A stretch of 64,000 bases of DNA from Gammaproteobacteria bacterium (lineage in GTDB: Bacteria; Pseudomonadota; Gammaproteobacteria; Eutrophobiales; Eutrophobiaceae): contig CBDEUK010000001.1 in the NCBI GenBank assembly GCA_965243205.1, positions 384,001-448,000 of the forward strand, written 5' to 3'. The position numbers and the translations under genes are program-made. Below, one piece after another: positions 1-11,308 of this stretch; the stretch's first letter is position 1, and every line of letters begins with the position of its first letter. The notes under the pieces were generated by a model. That model did not search any database. It saw nothing but the letters and a program-made list of their open reading frames with translations, and was not told the DNA's origin.

Positions 1-377
1 AAGAATGAAATGATCGTTGTTATTTCAGGACTATCTTTAAACTGGTTTATTAAAAAAAGTAACGGAATACCTATGATACCAAATAGGCTGCCACACCCAG
101 CGATTGCGGCTGTACTTTGCCGCCAGCGATTAGTGAAACCACATATCAATAAACAAAAAAAGACAAAGCTCATCAATAAAAAAATATCAATAAAGGCAAA
201 CGGTATGGCGTATTCTGAAGATAAATATATATATGCAGTAATAAAACTAATAACAAAATAAATAATTAATAAGCTTGAAAATTCATTATGAGAAATTTTT
301 ATATCTTGTGGCTTCTTTTTAAAAAATAAGATTTCAAAAAAATTCTGATAATGTGCTATTAGCTTTTGAACCAACAT
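1..377 (-). CDS. Hypothetical integral membrane protein (partial, runs off the left edge)
   Basis: Manual translation of the minus strand from ATG at 377 gives an open frame to the edge: MLVQKLIAHYQNFFEILFFKKKPQDIKIS...RWRQSTAAIAGCGSLFGIIGIPLLFL, with several hydrophobic segments. It is absent from the ORF track because no stop lies in the window. Confidence 0.7.
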   Translation of the reverse strand, partial: MLVQKLIAHYQNFFEILFFKKKPQDIKISHNEFSSLLIIYFVISFITAYIYLSSEYAIPFAFIDIFLLMSFVFFCLLICGFTNRWRQSTAAIAGCGSLFGIIGIPLLFLINQFKDSPEITTIISF

Positions 378-431
378 GTAACTAACAATCTCCAACAATC
401 CTAATACATTCAATTGTACCATTAATAAATG

Positions 432-468
432 ATAGATATTTACTATCGATTTTATATATTTTATTTAA
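432..468 (+). promoter_or_regulatory. Putative OxyR binding site upstream of dps
   Basis: ATAG-N7-CTAT (432-446) followed by N7-ATAT-N7-TTAA. This fits the OxyR ATAG-N7-CTAT-N7-ATAG-N7-CTAT pattern, and dps is a classic OxyR target. Confidence 0.6.
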
Positions 469-530
469 TATATTTAAATTCAAAACCAGCTAAAATACGC
501 AAAACTAAACAGGATTAACGGAGAAATACT

Positions 531-998
531 ATGAAAATCGATATAGGTATCAATGAGTCTGATCGCAATGATATAGCACAAGGCTTGGCAAAATTACTTG
601 CTGACTCTTACACTTTGTATTTAAAAACGCACAACTTTCATTGGAATGTAACTGGACCAATGTTCAGTACTTTACATACATTATTTGAAACTCAATATAC
701 TGAACTGGCAACTGCTGTAGATGAAATCGCTGAACGCATACGGACATTAGGTGTAGCAGCGCCAGGCTCATATAAACAGTTTTCTGAACTTTCAACCATT
801 GAAGAAGAAACCGCGGTTCCTAAGGCTGAAGAAATGATTAAACAATTAATTGTTGGTCAAGAAACCATCATTCAAACTGCTCGAGAAATTTTTCCACTCG
901 TCGAGAAAGCGAATGATGAACCAAGCGCGGACCTTTTGACTCAAAGAATGCAAATTCATGAAAAAAATGCCTGGATGTTACGTAGTCATTTAGAATAA
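531..998 (+). CDS. dps: DNA starvation/stationary phase protection protein Dps
   Basis: Ferroxidase motifs LYLKTHNFHWNVTGPMF, LHxLFExQY, DEIAERI and HEKNAWML; GGAG RBS. Confidence 0.95.
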   Translation: MKIDIGINESDRNDIAQGLAKLLADSYTLYLKTHNFHWNVTGPMFSTLHTLFETQYTELATAVDEIAERIRTLGVAAPGSYKQFSELSTIEEETAVPKAEEMIKQLIVGQETIIQTAREIFPLVEKANDEPSADLLTQRMQIHEKNAWMLRSHLE

Positions 999-1100
999 CT
1001 AAACAGACCTACACGGATGTAGCTGTCTTTTACAAAAATTTTATTGTCATTAATGCAAATGTTATCCTTGATAAATCTTAAGACCAATAAGGCTGAACTA

Positions 1101-1589
1101 ATGCGACTTATTATAAAACTATTTACCTTACCCTTTTTAATTCTATTTTCTACTTTTTCCATCGCTATGGAAGAAACCTCTACTTATTTAGAGCCTCAAG
1201 ATATATCTGATGCGGAATGGAATAACATCAATGGAAAAGTAAGAGTCTACAACGGCTGTCTTAATCAAGAAATGGTCAAATGGGTAGGTCAAGGCACTGA
1301 CCCAAGAGCTGTATCTGATCAAGTGTTGGAGCTATGCAGCTTCCATTTAATCGAATTAGAAAAAGAAATGGGTGATAAAAACATTAATCCTGAGTTTACC
1401 AAACGTTTTATTTATGCCAGTAAAAACAAAGCTGCAAAAAAAATGCTTGGTACGATTATGATGTTAATGTCACAATCTCAACAAGCAAGAGAAGCTGGTA
1501 TACAAGCACAAGAATCGGCTAATGCAGAAGAACAAAACCCATCACCAGTAAATACCAAACCCCATATAACCGTTATCAAACAAAATTAA
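1101..1589 (+). CDS. Hypothetical exported protein
   Basis: Open frame; probable start at ATG 1101 (MRLIIKLFTLPFLILFSTFSIA) is signal peptide-like; two Cys. Confidence 0.6.
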   Translation: MRLIIKLFTLPFLILFSTFSIAMEETSTYLEPQDISDAEWNNINGKVRVYNGCLNQEMVKWVGQGTDPRAVSDQVLELCSFHLIELEKEMGDKNINPEFTKRFIYASKNKAAKKMLGTIMMLMSQSQQAREAGIQAQESANAEEQNPSPVNTKPHITVIKQN

Positions 1590-1595
1590 ACGGAA

Positions 1596-2084
1596 TTAAA
1601 CGGAATTTATATTTTTACTAAACAAAGGCCTTAATTGTTTTAAGGCCTTTTGATATACCGAACGTTTGAAAGACACAACGTTGTCAACAGGATACCAATA
1701 ATCTACCCAACGCCACTTATCAAATTCAGGTGTATCACTCTGATCAAAACGAAAATCAGACTCAGATGACTTAAGTTTAACTAAATACCAGACTTGTTTC
1801 TGACCGATACAGACTGGCTTCACATTATGACGTATAAAACGTTTAGGTAATTTGTATCTTAACCATCCATCAGTACAACCGATGATGTCAACCTGCTCGG
1901 GCAACAAACCAACTTCCTCATTTAATTCTCTAAACATCGCAGTTTCAGCCGACTCTTTAGCCTTAATACCACCTTGTGGAAACTGCCATGCATCCATACC
2001 AATACGCCTTGCCCAGAATAATTTTCCAGAATCATTAGAAATAATGATACCAACGTTTGGCCGATAACCATCTTTATCAATCAT
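1596..2084 (-). CDS. rppH: RNA pyrophosphohydrolase
   Basis: [14 protein letters not shown], Nudix box WQFPQGGI..E....[31 protein letters not shown]. Confidence 0.96.
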   Translation of the reverse strand: MIDKDGYRPNVGIIISNDSGKLFWARRIGMDAWQFPQGGIKAKESAETAMFRELNEEVGLLPEQVDIIGCTDGWLRYKLPKRFIRHNVKPVCIGQKQVWYLVKLKSSESDFRFDQSDTPEFDKWRWVDYWYPVDNVVSFKRSVYQKALKQLRPLFSKNINSV

Positions 2085-2213
2085 GCTAATTCAGGCCTAA
2101 TTTTATTTATAACTTATTTTTCCATAATAATGACTGACTTGGCAATTCATAATATCTAATTCGTCCAAACTGCTTTAAACTCAGCGCTAAATTTTTAGTA
2201 TGAATTATATTTT

Positions 2214-2870
2214 ATGAAGTTAGCATTATTTGATTTAGATAATACCTTAATCGCCAATGACAGCGATTATCTGTGGGGAGAATTTCTGACCGAAAATGGT
2301 TATGTCGATGGTAATAGTTATAAAGAAGGTCATGATCGTTTCTATGAAGATTATCTCAACGGCGTTTTAGATATTGATGAATTCTTAAAATTTCAATTAC
2401 ACCCTCTTTCAACTCAACCTATTTCAGTACTTGAAGAATGGCGTGAACGTTACCTCGAAGAGAAAATTCAACCATATATGTTGCCTGCAGCAAAAGAATT
2501 GATTGAAAAACATCGCCAACAAAACCATATTTTAATGATTATCACGGCAACAAACCGTTTTATCACTCAACCAATTGCAAACATGCTCAATGTTGAACAT
2601 CTAATTGCCTGCGAACCAGAAGTTAAAGACGGTCGTTATACAGGTGACTATGTTGACGTTCCTTCTTTTCAAGAAGGTAAAGTCACTCGTTTAAATAACT
2701 GGTTAAAACAACAGGAGCAGGAATTAACTGAAAGTTGGTTTTACAGTGATTCTCGTAACGATATCCCTTTGTTAGATATAGTCGATCATGCAACGGCTGT
2801 TGACCCAGATGAGACTTTAAAAAACTACGCGATTGAAAAAGATTGGCCCGTTATATCTTTACGTAAATAA
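2214..2870 (+). CDS. HAD-IB family hydrolase (histidinol-phosphatase/SerB-like)
   Basis: FDLDNTL motif I, ITAT motif II, FYSDSRNDIPLL motif IV; divergent from rppH, as is common. Confidence 0.88.
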   Translation: MKLALFDLDNTLIANDSDYLWGEFLTENGYVDGNSYKEGHDRFYEDYLNGVLDIDEFLKFQLHPLSTQPISVLEEWRERYLEEKIQPYMLPAAKELIEKHRQQNHILMIITATNRFITQPIANMLNVEHLIACEPEVKDGRYTGDYVDVPSFQEGKVTRLNNWLKQQEQELTESWFYSDSRNDIPLLDIVDHATAVDPDETLKNYAIEKDWPVISLRK

Positions 2871-2873
2871 CAT

Positions 2874-2900
2874 AAAAAAAGCACCATTCGGTGCTTTTTT
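2874..2900. terminator. Bidirectional rho-independent terminator
   Basis: A7-GCACC-ATTC-GGTGC-T6 between the convergent HAD and mdh genes. Confidence 0.85.
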
Positions 2901-2923
2901 GAAAATTAAATCCATATCAAAGG

Positions 2924-3907
2924 TTATGATGGTAATAAGTGCGCTATAGCACTCCTTTCTTCCTCAAGTTCTTGAAGAGTGATATCCATTTTCTGCCGAC
3001 TAAACTCATTTACATCAAGCCCTTGAACAATATGATACTTACCATCAGAACAAGTCACTGGAAATGAATAAATCACTTCCTCAGGAATACCATAACTACC
3101 ATCACTTGGTACTGCCATACTAACCCATTCACCATCTGTAGTACCAAGCGTCCAGTCTCGCATGTGCTCTAAAGCTGCGTTTGCAGCGGATGCGGCACTT
3201 GAAGCACCTCGAGCATCGATAATTTCTGCTCCACGCTTAGCAACACGAGGGATATATTCATTTTCATACCAATTCGAATCAACTAAACCAGGAGCGGAAT
3301 CTCCATTGATAGTCGCATGAGAGATATCAGGATATTGAGTTGGCGAATGATTTCCCCAAATACACAAATTATTAATAGCATCGACAGTAGAGTTTGTCTT
3401 ATTCGCTAATTGAGCTAAAGCTCGATTGTGATCCAGTCGAGTCATTGCAGTAAAATTTGCTGAGTTCAAATCCGGAGCATTTTTCATTGCTATATAAGCA
3501 TTTGTGTTAGCAGGATTCCCTACTACAAGCACTTTCACATCACTGGAGGCATTGTCGTTTAAAGCCTTTCCTTGTGCATTGAAAATCGCAGCATTACCTT
3601 CTAGTAAATCAGCCCGTTCCATACCTGGCCCACGTGGTTTAGCGCCGACCAACATTGCATAATCAACATCTTTAAAAACCACATTAGCATCATCACCTGC
3701 TACAAAACCCTGGCATGTTGGGAATGCGCAATCCTCTAACTCCATGATGACACCTTCAACGGCTTTTAAAGCCGGTGTAATTTCTAACAAGTGTAAAATC
3801 ACCGGCTGGTCTTTACCTAACATTTCCCCTGCGGCTATTCGAAATAGCAACGCATAACCGATTTGACCTGCAGCACCTGTAACGGCTATACGAACGGGTT
3901 GTTTCAT
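2924..3907 (-). CDS. mdh: Malate dehydrogenase (MDH type 2)
   Basis: [12 protein letters not shown]-like Rossmann start, [33 protein letters not shown]. Confidence 0.96.
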   Translation of the reverse strand: MKQPVRIAVTGAAGQIGYALLFRIAAGEMLGKDQPVILHLLEITPALKAVEGVIMELEDCAFPTCQGFVAGDDANVVFKDVDYAMLVGAKPRGPGMERADLLEGNAAIFNAQGKALNDNASSDVKVLVVGNPANTNAYIAMKNAPDLNSANFTAMTRLDHNRALAQLANKTNSTVDAINNLCIWGNHSPTQYPDISHATINGDSAPGLVDSNWYENEYIPRVAKRGAEIIDARGASSAASAANAALEHMRDWTLGTTDGEWVSMAVPSDGSYGIPEEVIYSFPVTCSDGKYHIVQGLDVNEFSRQKMDITLQELEEERSAIAHLLPS

Positions 3908-3936
3908 ACTATTTTTCTCCAGTTTTGGTTTTAATA

Positions 3937-5232
3937 CTATCCTCGTTTATCTATCGGTACATAATCCCGTTTTTCAGAACCAATGTATAACTGTCTTGGT
4001 CGACCGATACGGAATTCAGGATCTTCCATTAACTCTAACCACTGAGAAATCCAACCAACAGAACGTGCAAGAGCAAAAATGACTGTATACATACTGGTCG
4101 GAATGTTTAGAGCTTTAAGAATAATGCCCGAATAGAAATCCACATTTGGATATAATTTACGTTCAATAAAATAATCGTCTTTTAATGCAATTTCTTCTAA
4201 TCGCATAGCGGTTTCAAACATTGGTTGATCAATGCCTTCAAGTTCACCTAATAAATCATGACACGCTTTGCGAATGATAGTGGCTCTAGGATCAAAGTTT
4301 TTATATACACGATGACCAAATCCCATTAAACGAAATGGGTCACTTTTATCTTTTGCTCGATCAACAAATTGTGAAATATTTTTAGCATCACCAATTTGAT
4401 CAAGCATATTGATCACGGCTTCATTAGCGCCGCCATGAGCTTTACCCCAAAGAGTAACAATACCTGCTGAGATACACGCAAATGGATTCGCTTCAGCACT
4501 ACCGGCTAAACGTACAGTTGAGGTAGAAGCATTTTGTTCATGATCAGCATGAAGGATTAATAATAAATCTAATGCTTTAATTGCTACTGGGCTTGGTTCG
4601 TAATTACGACATGGTATTGAAAACATCATATTTAAAAAGTTTTCAACATAACTCAGATCACTTCGTGAATAGACAAATGGATGACCAACAGAATGCTTAT
4701 AACAGTGAGCAGCAAGAATAGGCATCTTTGCAATGACTCGTTTCGCAGTTAAATCGCGATCTTCAGGATCATTCAGATCCATCGCTTCATGATAGTAAGA
4801 TGATAATGCCCCTGTGACACCGATTAAAATCGACATTGGATGAGCATCATGCAAATAGCCAGAATAAAAACGCTCTAAATGCTCATGCACTAAATTGCGG
4901 CGATTCAGTTCAGAGCGAAACTCCGTAAATTGCTGCTCAGTTGGTAGTTCGCCATAGAGCATTAAATAACATACTTCGAGGTATGAACTCTGTTCTGCCA
5001 ACTGATCAATTGGATATCCACGGTGCAATAGAATACCTTCTTCACCATCTAAATATGTAATTGAACTGCGGCATGCAGCGGTAGTGACAAAGCCTGGGTC
5101 AAACGCAAACATTCCTAGTTCTTTATATAAGGCTTTAGTATCAATCACTGGCGCACCATAGGTACCGGTCATTACCGGGCATTCCAGTTCTTTGCCTGTG
5201 TCTTTGTCTTTAATAATCACAGTTTTTGACAT
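3937..5232 (-). CDS. gltA: Citrate synthase (type II)
   Basis: [46 protein letters not shown]; start placed at ATG 5232 behind a GGAGAG RBS. Confidence 0.96.
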   Translation of the reverse strand: MSKTVIIKDKDTGKELECPVMTGTYGAPVIDTKALYKELGMFAFDPGFVTTAACRSSITYLDGEEGILLHRGYPIDQLAEQSSYLEVCYLMLYGELPTEQQFTEFRSELNRRNLVHEHLERFYSGYLHDAHPMSILIGVTGALSSYYHEAMDLNDPEDRDLTAKRVIAKMPILAAHCYKHSVGHPFVYSRSDLSYVENFLNMMFSIPCRNYEPSPVAIKALDLLLILHADHEQNASTSTVRLAGSAEANPFACISAGIVTLWGKAHGGANEAVINMLDQIGDAKNISQFVDRAKDKSDPFRLMGFGHRVYKNFDPRATIIRKACHDLLGELEGIDQPMFETAMRLEEIALKDDYFIERKLYPNVDFYSGIILKALNIPTSMYTVIFALARSVGWISQWLELMEDPEFRIGRPRQLYIGSEKRDYVPIDKRG

Positions 5233-5307
5233 TGAACAACTCTCCAAAGGTCTATTTCGTATATTTTTTACGACGTATAAATTTTTTTATAAACCATTAA
5301 GCATACA

Positions 5308-5439
5308 GGGCAGTGCAACAAACTAGCAAGGAAAAATCTCTATGTAATCTCCTTATAACTCTCGCACTATTAAATATTTTCATATATAACAATAATTTAT
5401 ATTTGTTAGCTGAAAAAAATTTATTTTGCTATGCAACAT
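5308..5439. promoter_or_regulatory. Two PhaR-type boxes in the gltA/sucA divergent promoter region
   Basis: GGCAGTGCAACA (5309-5320) and TTGCTATGCAACA (5426-5438) resemble the boxes upstream of phaA and phaP. Confidence 0.4.
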
Positions 5440-5542
5440 TTTTTAGTCTATCATAACATTGAAACAATTAAGAGTAACAACTCACCTCTAGTGGAGAATC
5501 GCCATAGATGTGAAGCAATTTGTGTCGGTTTATGCCGTGTAA

Positions 5543-8371
5543 ATGAATAATCATCGTAAAACATCCCATTTATTTTCCGCAAATCTCGAGTTAGTCGAGT
5601 CCTTATATACAGAGTTTTTAAAAGAACCTGAGTCAGTATCGGCTGAATGGCAGGAATACTTCAAAAATTTTGATGAAAACGTCATACAGCCAAAGCAAGC
5701 TCCTCGAGCAAATAAAGCTCGTGTAGCCGCAAATAACCACTTTCAACCTGTTAATCAGGCTGGACTTATAAGAAAACAAGTATCTGTTTTGCAACTTATC
5801 AATGCCCATCGATTTCGCGGTCATCGTGAAGCTAATCTAAACCCTCTTCAATACAGGGAACGCCCCAAAGTCGATGAACTGGATTATCACTACCACGATT
5901 TAACCGAAGACGATCTAAATACCCAATTTAATACAGGTTCATTAGTCGGCTCAGAAACCGCCTCATTGAAAAACATCATTGAGCAAGTTAAACAAACATA
6001 CTGTGGTTCAATTGGTGCAGAATATATGCACATCAATGACACAACTCAAAAGCGATGGATTCAACAACGTTTAGAAAGTTGTCGTGCTCAACCTAATTTT
6101 GATCGGAATATGCAATGTAATATTCTGGAACGCATAATCGCCGCAAATGTTCTCGAGGAATATCTACATAATCGATACGTTGGGCAAAAACGTTTTTCAC
6201 TTGAAGGTGGCGAAAGCTTAATTCCTTTACTCGATCATATTATCGAAAATGCCGGTGCAACCGATATTCAAGAGGTAGTCGTCGGTATGGCTCATAGAGG
6301 CAGGTTGAATGTCTTAATTAATATTCTAGGCAAAGATCCAGCGATTTTATTTGACGAATTTGAGGGTGCTCATACCCAAGAAAGTAGCTCTGGCGATGTA
6401 AAATATCATTTAGGCTATTCTTCCAATATCTCCACTGAAGCTGGTAGTTCAGTACATTTAACATTGGCATTTAATCCATCTCATTTAGAGATCATCGATC
6501 CTGTGGTAGAAGGTTCAGTAAGAGCTAGACAAGATCGAAGAGAAGATATTGAACATAAAGAAGTTTTACCTATTTTGATCCATGGCGATGCTGCATTTGC
6601 TGGACAAGGTGTAGTCATGGAAACGTTTAACTTATCGCAGACTCGCGGTTATAAAACTGGCGGCACTATACACATTATTATCAATAACCAAATTGGTTTC
6701 ACCACCAGTGACCCATTAGATTCCCGTTCGACATTATACTGCACCGATGTTGCAAAGATGGTACAAGCGCCTATTTTTCATGTGAATGGCGACGATCCTG
6801 AAGCTGTAGTATTTCTAACTAAGCTTGCGGTTGATTATCGAAAAGAATTCAAAAAAGATATCGTGATCGACATGATCTGTTACCGCAAACACGGTCATAG
6901 TGAAGCTGACGAACCTGCCACGACTCAACCCATGATGTATAAAAGTATTCGTAAACACCCAGGCGTTCGCGATAAATATGCTGCAAAATTGATCAATGAT
7001 AATGTCATTACTCGAGTCAATCTCGAGCAGATGGAAATTGATTACATCAAATCATTAGAGAACAATGAAACCGTTTCAGCTCCGAAACTCAATGAATTCC
7101 AATCCAATTATTTGATCAATTACGACCGTTACAAAAATCAAAATTGGAATATGGATGTCGTTACGACGATTTCACAAGGCTTAATCGATGAAATAACCTC
7201 AATCATTACGACTACACCAGAAGGTTATCAATTACATCCTGCAGTAGAAAAAATTCTAACTGGTCGTAAAAAAATGGCGCAGGGTGAGATTCCTTTTGAT
7301 TGGGGTTTTGCTGAAATGATGGCTTATGGCAGCTTGATCGATCGTGGTTATGCAATTCGGATCTCAGGGCAAGATAGCTCTCGTGGTACTTTTTTTCATC
7401 GTCATTCTGTCATACATAATCAAGCTAACGGTGAAAGTTACGTACCACTTCAGCATATGAAGCCTGAACAACCACAATTCATGGTGATTGATTCTACTTT
7501 GTCTGAGGAAGCAGTCTTAGCATATGAATTTGGCTATAGCAGTTCTGCACCTGAAACATTAGTGATTTGGGAAGCGCAATTTGGCGACTTCGCTAATGGC
7601 GCCCAAGTAGTATTTGATCAATTCATTAGCTCCTGTGAAGCCAAATGGGATCGCTATTGTGGATTAACCGTTCTCCTACCCCATGGTTATGATGGTCAAG
7701 GTCCCGAACATTCATCAGCAAGATTAGAACGTTTCTTACAATTATGCGCGCAAGAAAACATGCAAATTTGCATTCCAAGTACTGCTGCACAAATGTTTCA
7801 TATGTTACGTCGTCAAATGATAAGGCCTTATCGAAAACCGTTAATTGTGATGAGTCCAAAAAGCTTATTACGCAATAAACTTTCCTGTTCTCATATTGAT
7901 GAACTAACAGACGGTGAATTCCAGTTGGTCATCAATGAACAAGATGATTTGGATCCAAATAAAGTTTGCCGCCTCTTATTTTGTACCGGTAAAGTTTATT
8001 ATGATTTGTTAAAAGCTCGTCGTGAAAACGAGTTACTTAATGTCGCTATTGCTCGTATTGAACAACTATTTCCATTCCCAGCGGAGGCAGTACGATGTGT
8101 GATACAAAATTATCCAAATTTAAAAGAAGTTGTCTGGGTTCAAGAAGAACCTAAAAACCAAGGCAGTTGGTACTATATGCAATCTCGTAGAACCATGATT
8201 GGTGTTTTGGATGATCATCATCAATTTGGTTATGCAGGTAGACAATATTCAGCTTCACCTGCAGCAGGGACAATGGCGATGCATCTCGAACAACAACGCC
8301 AACTAATTGCCGATGCATTAGAGTTAGATAAGCTTGAAGTCACCCATAAAAAGAGTATTTTACAAACATAA
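5543..8371 (+). CDS. sucA: 2-oxoglutarate dehydrogenase E1
   Basis: GQKRFSLEGGE, GMAHRGRLNVL, GDVKYHLG, HGDAAFAGQG (TPP motif), WEAQFGDF, GQGPEHSSARLER. Confidence 0.97.
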   Translation: MNNHRKTSHLFSANLELVESLYTEFLKEPESVSAEWQEYFKNFDENVIQPKQAPRANKARVAANNHFQPVNQAGLIRKQVSVLQLINAHRFRGHREANLNPLQYRERPKVDELDYHYHDLTEDDLNTQFNTGSLVGSETASLKNIIEQVKQTYCGSIGAEYMHINDTTQKRWIQQRLESCRAQPNFDRNMQCNILERIIAANVLEEYLHNRYVGQKRFSLEGGESLIPLLDHIIENAGATDIQEVVVGMAHRGRLNVLINILGKDPAILFDEFEGAHTQESSSGDVKYHLGYSSNISTEAGSSVHLTLAFNPSHLEIIDPVVEGSVRARQDRREDIEHKEVLPILIHGDAAFAGQGVVMETFNLSQTRGYKTGGTIHIIINNQIGFTTSDPLDSRSTLYCTDVAKMVQAPIFHVNGDDPEAVVFLTKLAVDYRKEFKKDIVIDMICYRKHGHSEADEPATTQPMMYKSIRKHPGVRDKYAAKLINDNVITRVNLEQMEIDYIKSLENNETVSAPKLNEFQSNYLINYDRYKNQNWNMDVVTTISQGLIDEITSIITTTPEGYQLHPAVEKILTGRKKMAQGEIPFDWGFAEMMAYGSLIDRGYAIRISGQDSSRGTFFHRHSVIHNQANGESYVPLQHMKPEQPQFMVIDSTLSEEAVLAYEFGYSSSAPETLVIWEAQFGDFANGAQVVFDQFISSCEAKWDRYCGLTVLLPHGYDGQGPEHSSARLERFLQLCAQENMQICIPSTAAQMFHMLRRQMIRPYRKPLIVMSPKSLLRNKLSCSHIDELTDGEFQLVINEQDDLDPNKVCRLLFCTGKVYYDLLKARRENELLNVAIARIEQLFPFPAEAVRCVIQNYPNLKEVVWVQEEPKNQGSWYYMQSRRTMIGVLDDHHQFGYAGRQYSASPAAGTMAMHLEQQRQLIADALELDKLEVTHKKSILQT

Positions 8372-8411
8372 TTAAACTATGCTTTTATAAACTTTAGGAG
8401 ATTCTTTTTCA

Positions 8412-9707
8412 GTGTTAATAGACATTAAAGTTCCAATGCTTGCCGAGTCAGTTTCGGAGGCAACCTTAGTTAACTGGCATAAAAAACCTGGCGAAGTAAT
8501 TAAACGTGGCCAAAATCTTATTGATATAGAAACCGATAAAGTTACATTAGAAATTACTGCTCCTGAAGATGGCGTTTTAGAAGAAATACTGAAGGAAGAT
8601 GGTATGGATGTTTCCAGTGATGAAATCATTGCTCGCATTAATCCCAATAGTTCAGGATTACAACAAGAGGATGAATTACAACTAAAACAGACAGAACTTC
8701 CTGTTCTTGATGAATCACAAGTTGTGGATCTTAATGCGCATGAAGATTCACCAAATTTTCAAGATATTAAACTTAGTCCTGCTGTGCGAAATATGGCCGA
8801 AAACTTTAATGTTGATTTAACTCGTGTCGATCATGAAAAAGATCGTATCACTAAATCAAATATCATCGATCATGTTTCAGAAAATAAATTAGAACAGTCA
8901 AAAGACTTTGACTCAACGTTAGCTTTTACTGCTGTCGATAAAAGCCTGGAAAACTCTGAAACTGTTCAACCAATTAATACTACGACCATAACTCACAATG
9001 TTAACGATGAGGCAGAACATCGAGTTCCAATGAATCGTTTACGACAACGGATAGCAGAGCGACTATTAAACGCTCAGCAAGAAAATGCTATCTTAACTAC
9101 ATTCAATGAAGTCAACATGCAGCCTGTAATGGATTTACGCAAACGCTATAAAGATGAGTTTGAACAAGCGCATGGTGTAAAACTTGGTTTCATGTCTTTT
9201 TTTACCAAAGCCGTTATTGAAGCATTAAAAAAATTTCCTGTATTGAATGCTTCAGTAGATGGAACTGATATCGTTTACCATAACTATTATGATATTGGCA
9301 TCGCTGTCAGTTCTCCCAAAGGATTATTCGTTCCTATCGTACGTAACGCAGATGAAAAAAATTTAGCCCAAATTGAAACAGAAATTCGGCAATATGGTGA
9401 TAATGCACAGAATGGGCAACTGGATATACAAGATATGCAAGGAGGGACTTTCACTATAACAAATGGTGGTGTATTCGGATCGTTACTATCCACTCCTATT
9501 CTTAACCCTCCACAAAGTGCAATACTCGGTATGCATAAAATTGAAGATCGGCCGATAGCAGAGAATAATCAAGTTGTGATTCGACCCATGATGTATTTAG
9601 CACTATCTTATGATCACAGAATTATTGATGGACGCGAAGCAGTACAATTTTTAGTCGCGATTAAAGACCAACTAGAAGATCCAACAAGATTACTACTACA
9701 AATATAA
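8412..9707 (+). CDS. sucB: Dihydrolipoyllysine-residue succinyltransferase E2
   Basis: Lipoyl motif IETDKVTLE; catalytic [10 protein letters not shown]; follows sucA; GTG start with AGGAG RBS. Confidence 0.96.
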   Translation: MLIDIKVPMLAESVSEATLVNWHKKPGEVIKRGQNLIDIETDKVTLEITAPEDGVLEEILKEDGMDVSSDEIIARINPNSSGLQQEDELQLKQTELPVLDESQVVDLNAHEDSPNFQDIKLSPAVRNMAENFNVDLTRVDHEKDRITKSNIIDHVSENKLEQSKDFDSTLAFTAVDKSLENSETVQPINTTTITHNVNDEAEHRVPMNRLRQRIAERLLNAQQENAILTTFNEVNMQPVMDLRKRYKDEFEQAHGVKLGFMSFFTKAVIEALKKFPVLNASVDGTDIVYHNYYDIGIAVSSPKGLFVPIVRNADEKNLAQIETEIRQYGDNAQNGQLDIQDMQGGTFTITNGGVFGSLLSTPILNPPQSAILGMHKIEDRPIAENNQVVIRPMMYLALSYDHRIIDGREAVQFLVAIKDQLEDPTRLLLQI

Positions 9708-9711
9708 ACTT

Positions 9712-11133
9712 ATGAAAAATTACGACGTTATTGTTATCGGTGCCGGCCCAGGCGGTTATGTTGCAGCTATTCGAGCAGCACAACTTGGTTTTAAAACCGC
9801 ATGTATTGAACGCTGGTTAAACCCAAATAATATGCCCTCATTAGGCGGTACTTGTTTAAATGTTGGATGCATACCTTCAAAGGCACTTTTAGATTCATCT
9901 CACCTTTTTAAAAGCATGCAAAAAGATGCTCAACAACATGGCATCACGGCTAACAATGTTTCAATTAATGTTGAAAAAATGATGCAACGAAAAGATCGCG
10001 TTGTGCATATGCTCACTCAAGGCATCGCAGGCCTGTTTCAAAAGAATAATATCGATTGGCTACAAGGTAGCGGTAAACTAATTAGTCATAACCAAATTGA
10101 AATTACGCCTGTAACGGCTGATGGTGAAAAAGAAACTGTTACTGCAAGCAATATCATTATTGCCACAGGTTCTAGACCAACTGTGATCCCAGTTGCCAAT
10201 GTTGACCAAGATCGAATTGTAGATTCAACAGGTGCTCTTTCGTTCGATAAAGTACCAGAAAGACTCGGAGTGATTGGTGCTGGAGTAATTGGTTTAGAGC
10301 TTGGTAGTGTTTGGAAACGCTTAGGCTCTGAAGTGACAGTTCTTGAAGCGACCGAAAGCTTCTTGCCAACTGCGGATAAAGACATAGCTGCCGAAACTCA
10401 AAAGATTCTTCGTAAACAAGGCCTTAAGATCTTACTTGGTGCTAAAGTTACGAATACCGTCAGCAACGATGAAGTAGTGACCATTGAATTTGAACAAAAT
10501 GGCGAATCACAAACCATCGAATTTGACAAAGTCATCGTAGCAGTAGGCCGTTCTCCTAATACCGATGGCTTAGGAGCAAATGAAGCTGGTTTAAAGCTCG
10601 ATGATCGTGGTCGAATTGAAATCGATGAAAATTTTAAAACTTCTTTACCTAACGTTTATGCCATTGGCGATGTTGTAGCAGGACCTATGTTAGCCCACAA
10701 AGCGTCTGAAGAAGGTATCGCAGTTGCTGAAATTATCTCAGGCAAAGTCAGACATCTAAATCACAATACAATACCGTGGGTTATTTATACCTGGCCAGAA
10801 GTGGCCTGGGTCGGCAAAACCGAGCAAGAATTAATAGCCGATAATATTGAATACAAGTCGGGTGACTTTCCTTTCTCGGCCAGCGGTCGTGCTAGGGCTA
10901 TGGCTGAAACTCAAGGCCTAGTAAAAGTACTAGCCGATACAAAGACTGATCGAATCCTAGGTATTCATATCGTAGGTCCAAACGCATCTGAACTTATCAC
11001 TGAAGCGGTTACGGTTATGGAATTTGATGGTTCTGCCGAAGATATTGCACTTACGATTCATGCTCATCCAACCCTAGCTGAAGCCATCCACGAAGCAGCG
11101 TTAGCAGCCGATGATCGAAGAATCCATCTATAG
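9712..11133 (+). CDS. lpdA: Dihydrolipoyl dehydrogenase E3
   Basis: GAGPGGY, GGTCLNVGCIPSK redox disulfide, HAHPTLAEA. Confidence 0.97.
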   Translation: MKNYDVIVIGAGPGGYVAAIRAAQLGFKTACIERWLNPNNMPSLGGTCLNVGCIPSKALLDSSHLFKSMQKDAQQHGITANNVSINVEKMMQRKDRVVHMLTQGIAGLFQKNNIDWLQGSGKLISHNQIEITPVTADGEKETVTASNIIIATGSRPTVIPVANVDQDRIVDSTGALSFDKVPERLGVIGAGVIGLELGSVWKRLGSEVTVLEATESFLPTADKDIAAETQKILRKQGLKILLGAKVTNTVSNDEVVTIEFEQNGESQTIEFDKVIVAVGRSPNTDGLGANEAGLKLDDRGRIEIDENFKTSLPNVYAIGDVVAGPMLAHKASEEGIAVAEIISGKVRHLNHNTIPWVIYTWPEVAWVGKTEQELIADNIEYKSGDFPFSASGRARAMAETQGLVKVLADTKTDRILGIHIVGPNASELITEAVTVMEFDGSAEDIALTIHAHPTLAEAIHEAALAADDRRIHL

Positions 11134-11206
11134 AACTCTTAAAAATATGTTGAGAAATGCCACAGAACGCTAGAATCAGCAAAAACTTTCTGCTAAGATT
11201 CTATTT

Positions 11207-11220
11207 TTGTGCAGTGCAAC
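11207..11220 (+). promoter_or_regulatory. Putative PhaR box upstream of phaA
   Basis: TTGTGCAGTGCAAC (TGC-N3-GCA), nearly identical to the half-sites upstream of phaP. Confidence 0.6.
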
Positions 11221-11308
11221 GTAAATAAAATCCTTCCTTTTCTTATCTGTTCTTAGATTAGCGATGGTTATTTGACAATCAAAACATAAATTTGGGAGAT
11301 GAATATCC

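Noticed and set aside
10-261. 83-aa + strand ORF
   Set aside because: Antisense shadow of a more convincing membrane-protein frame on the minus strand (1-377).
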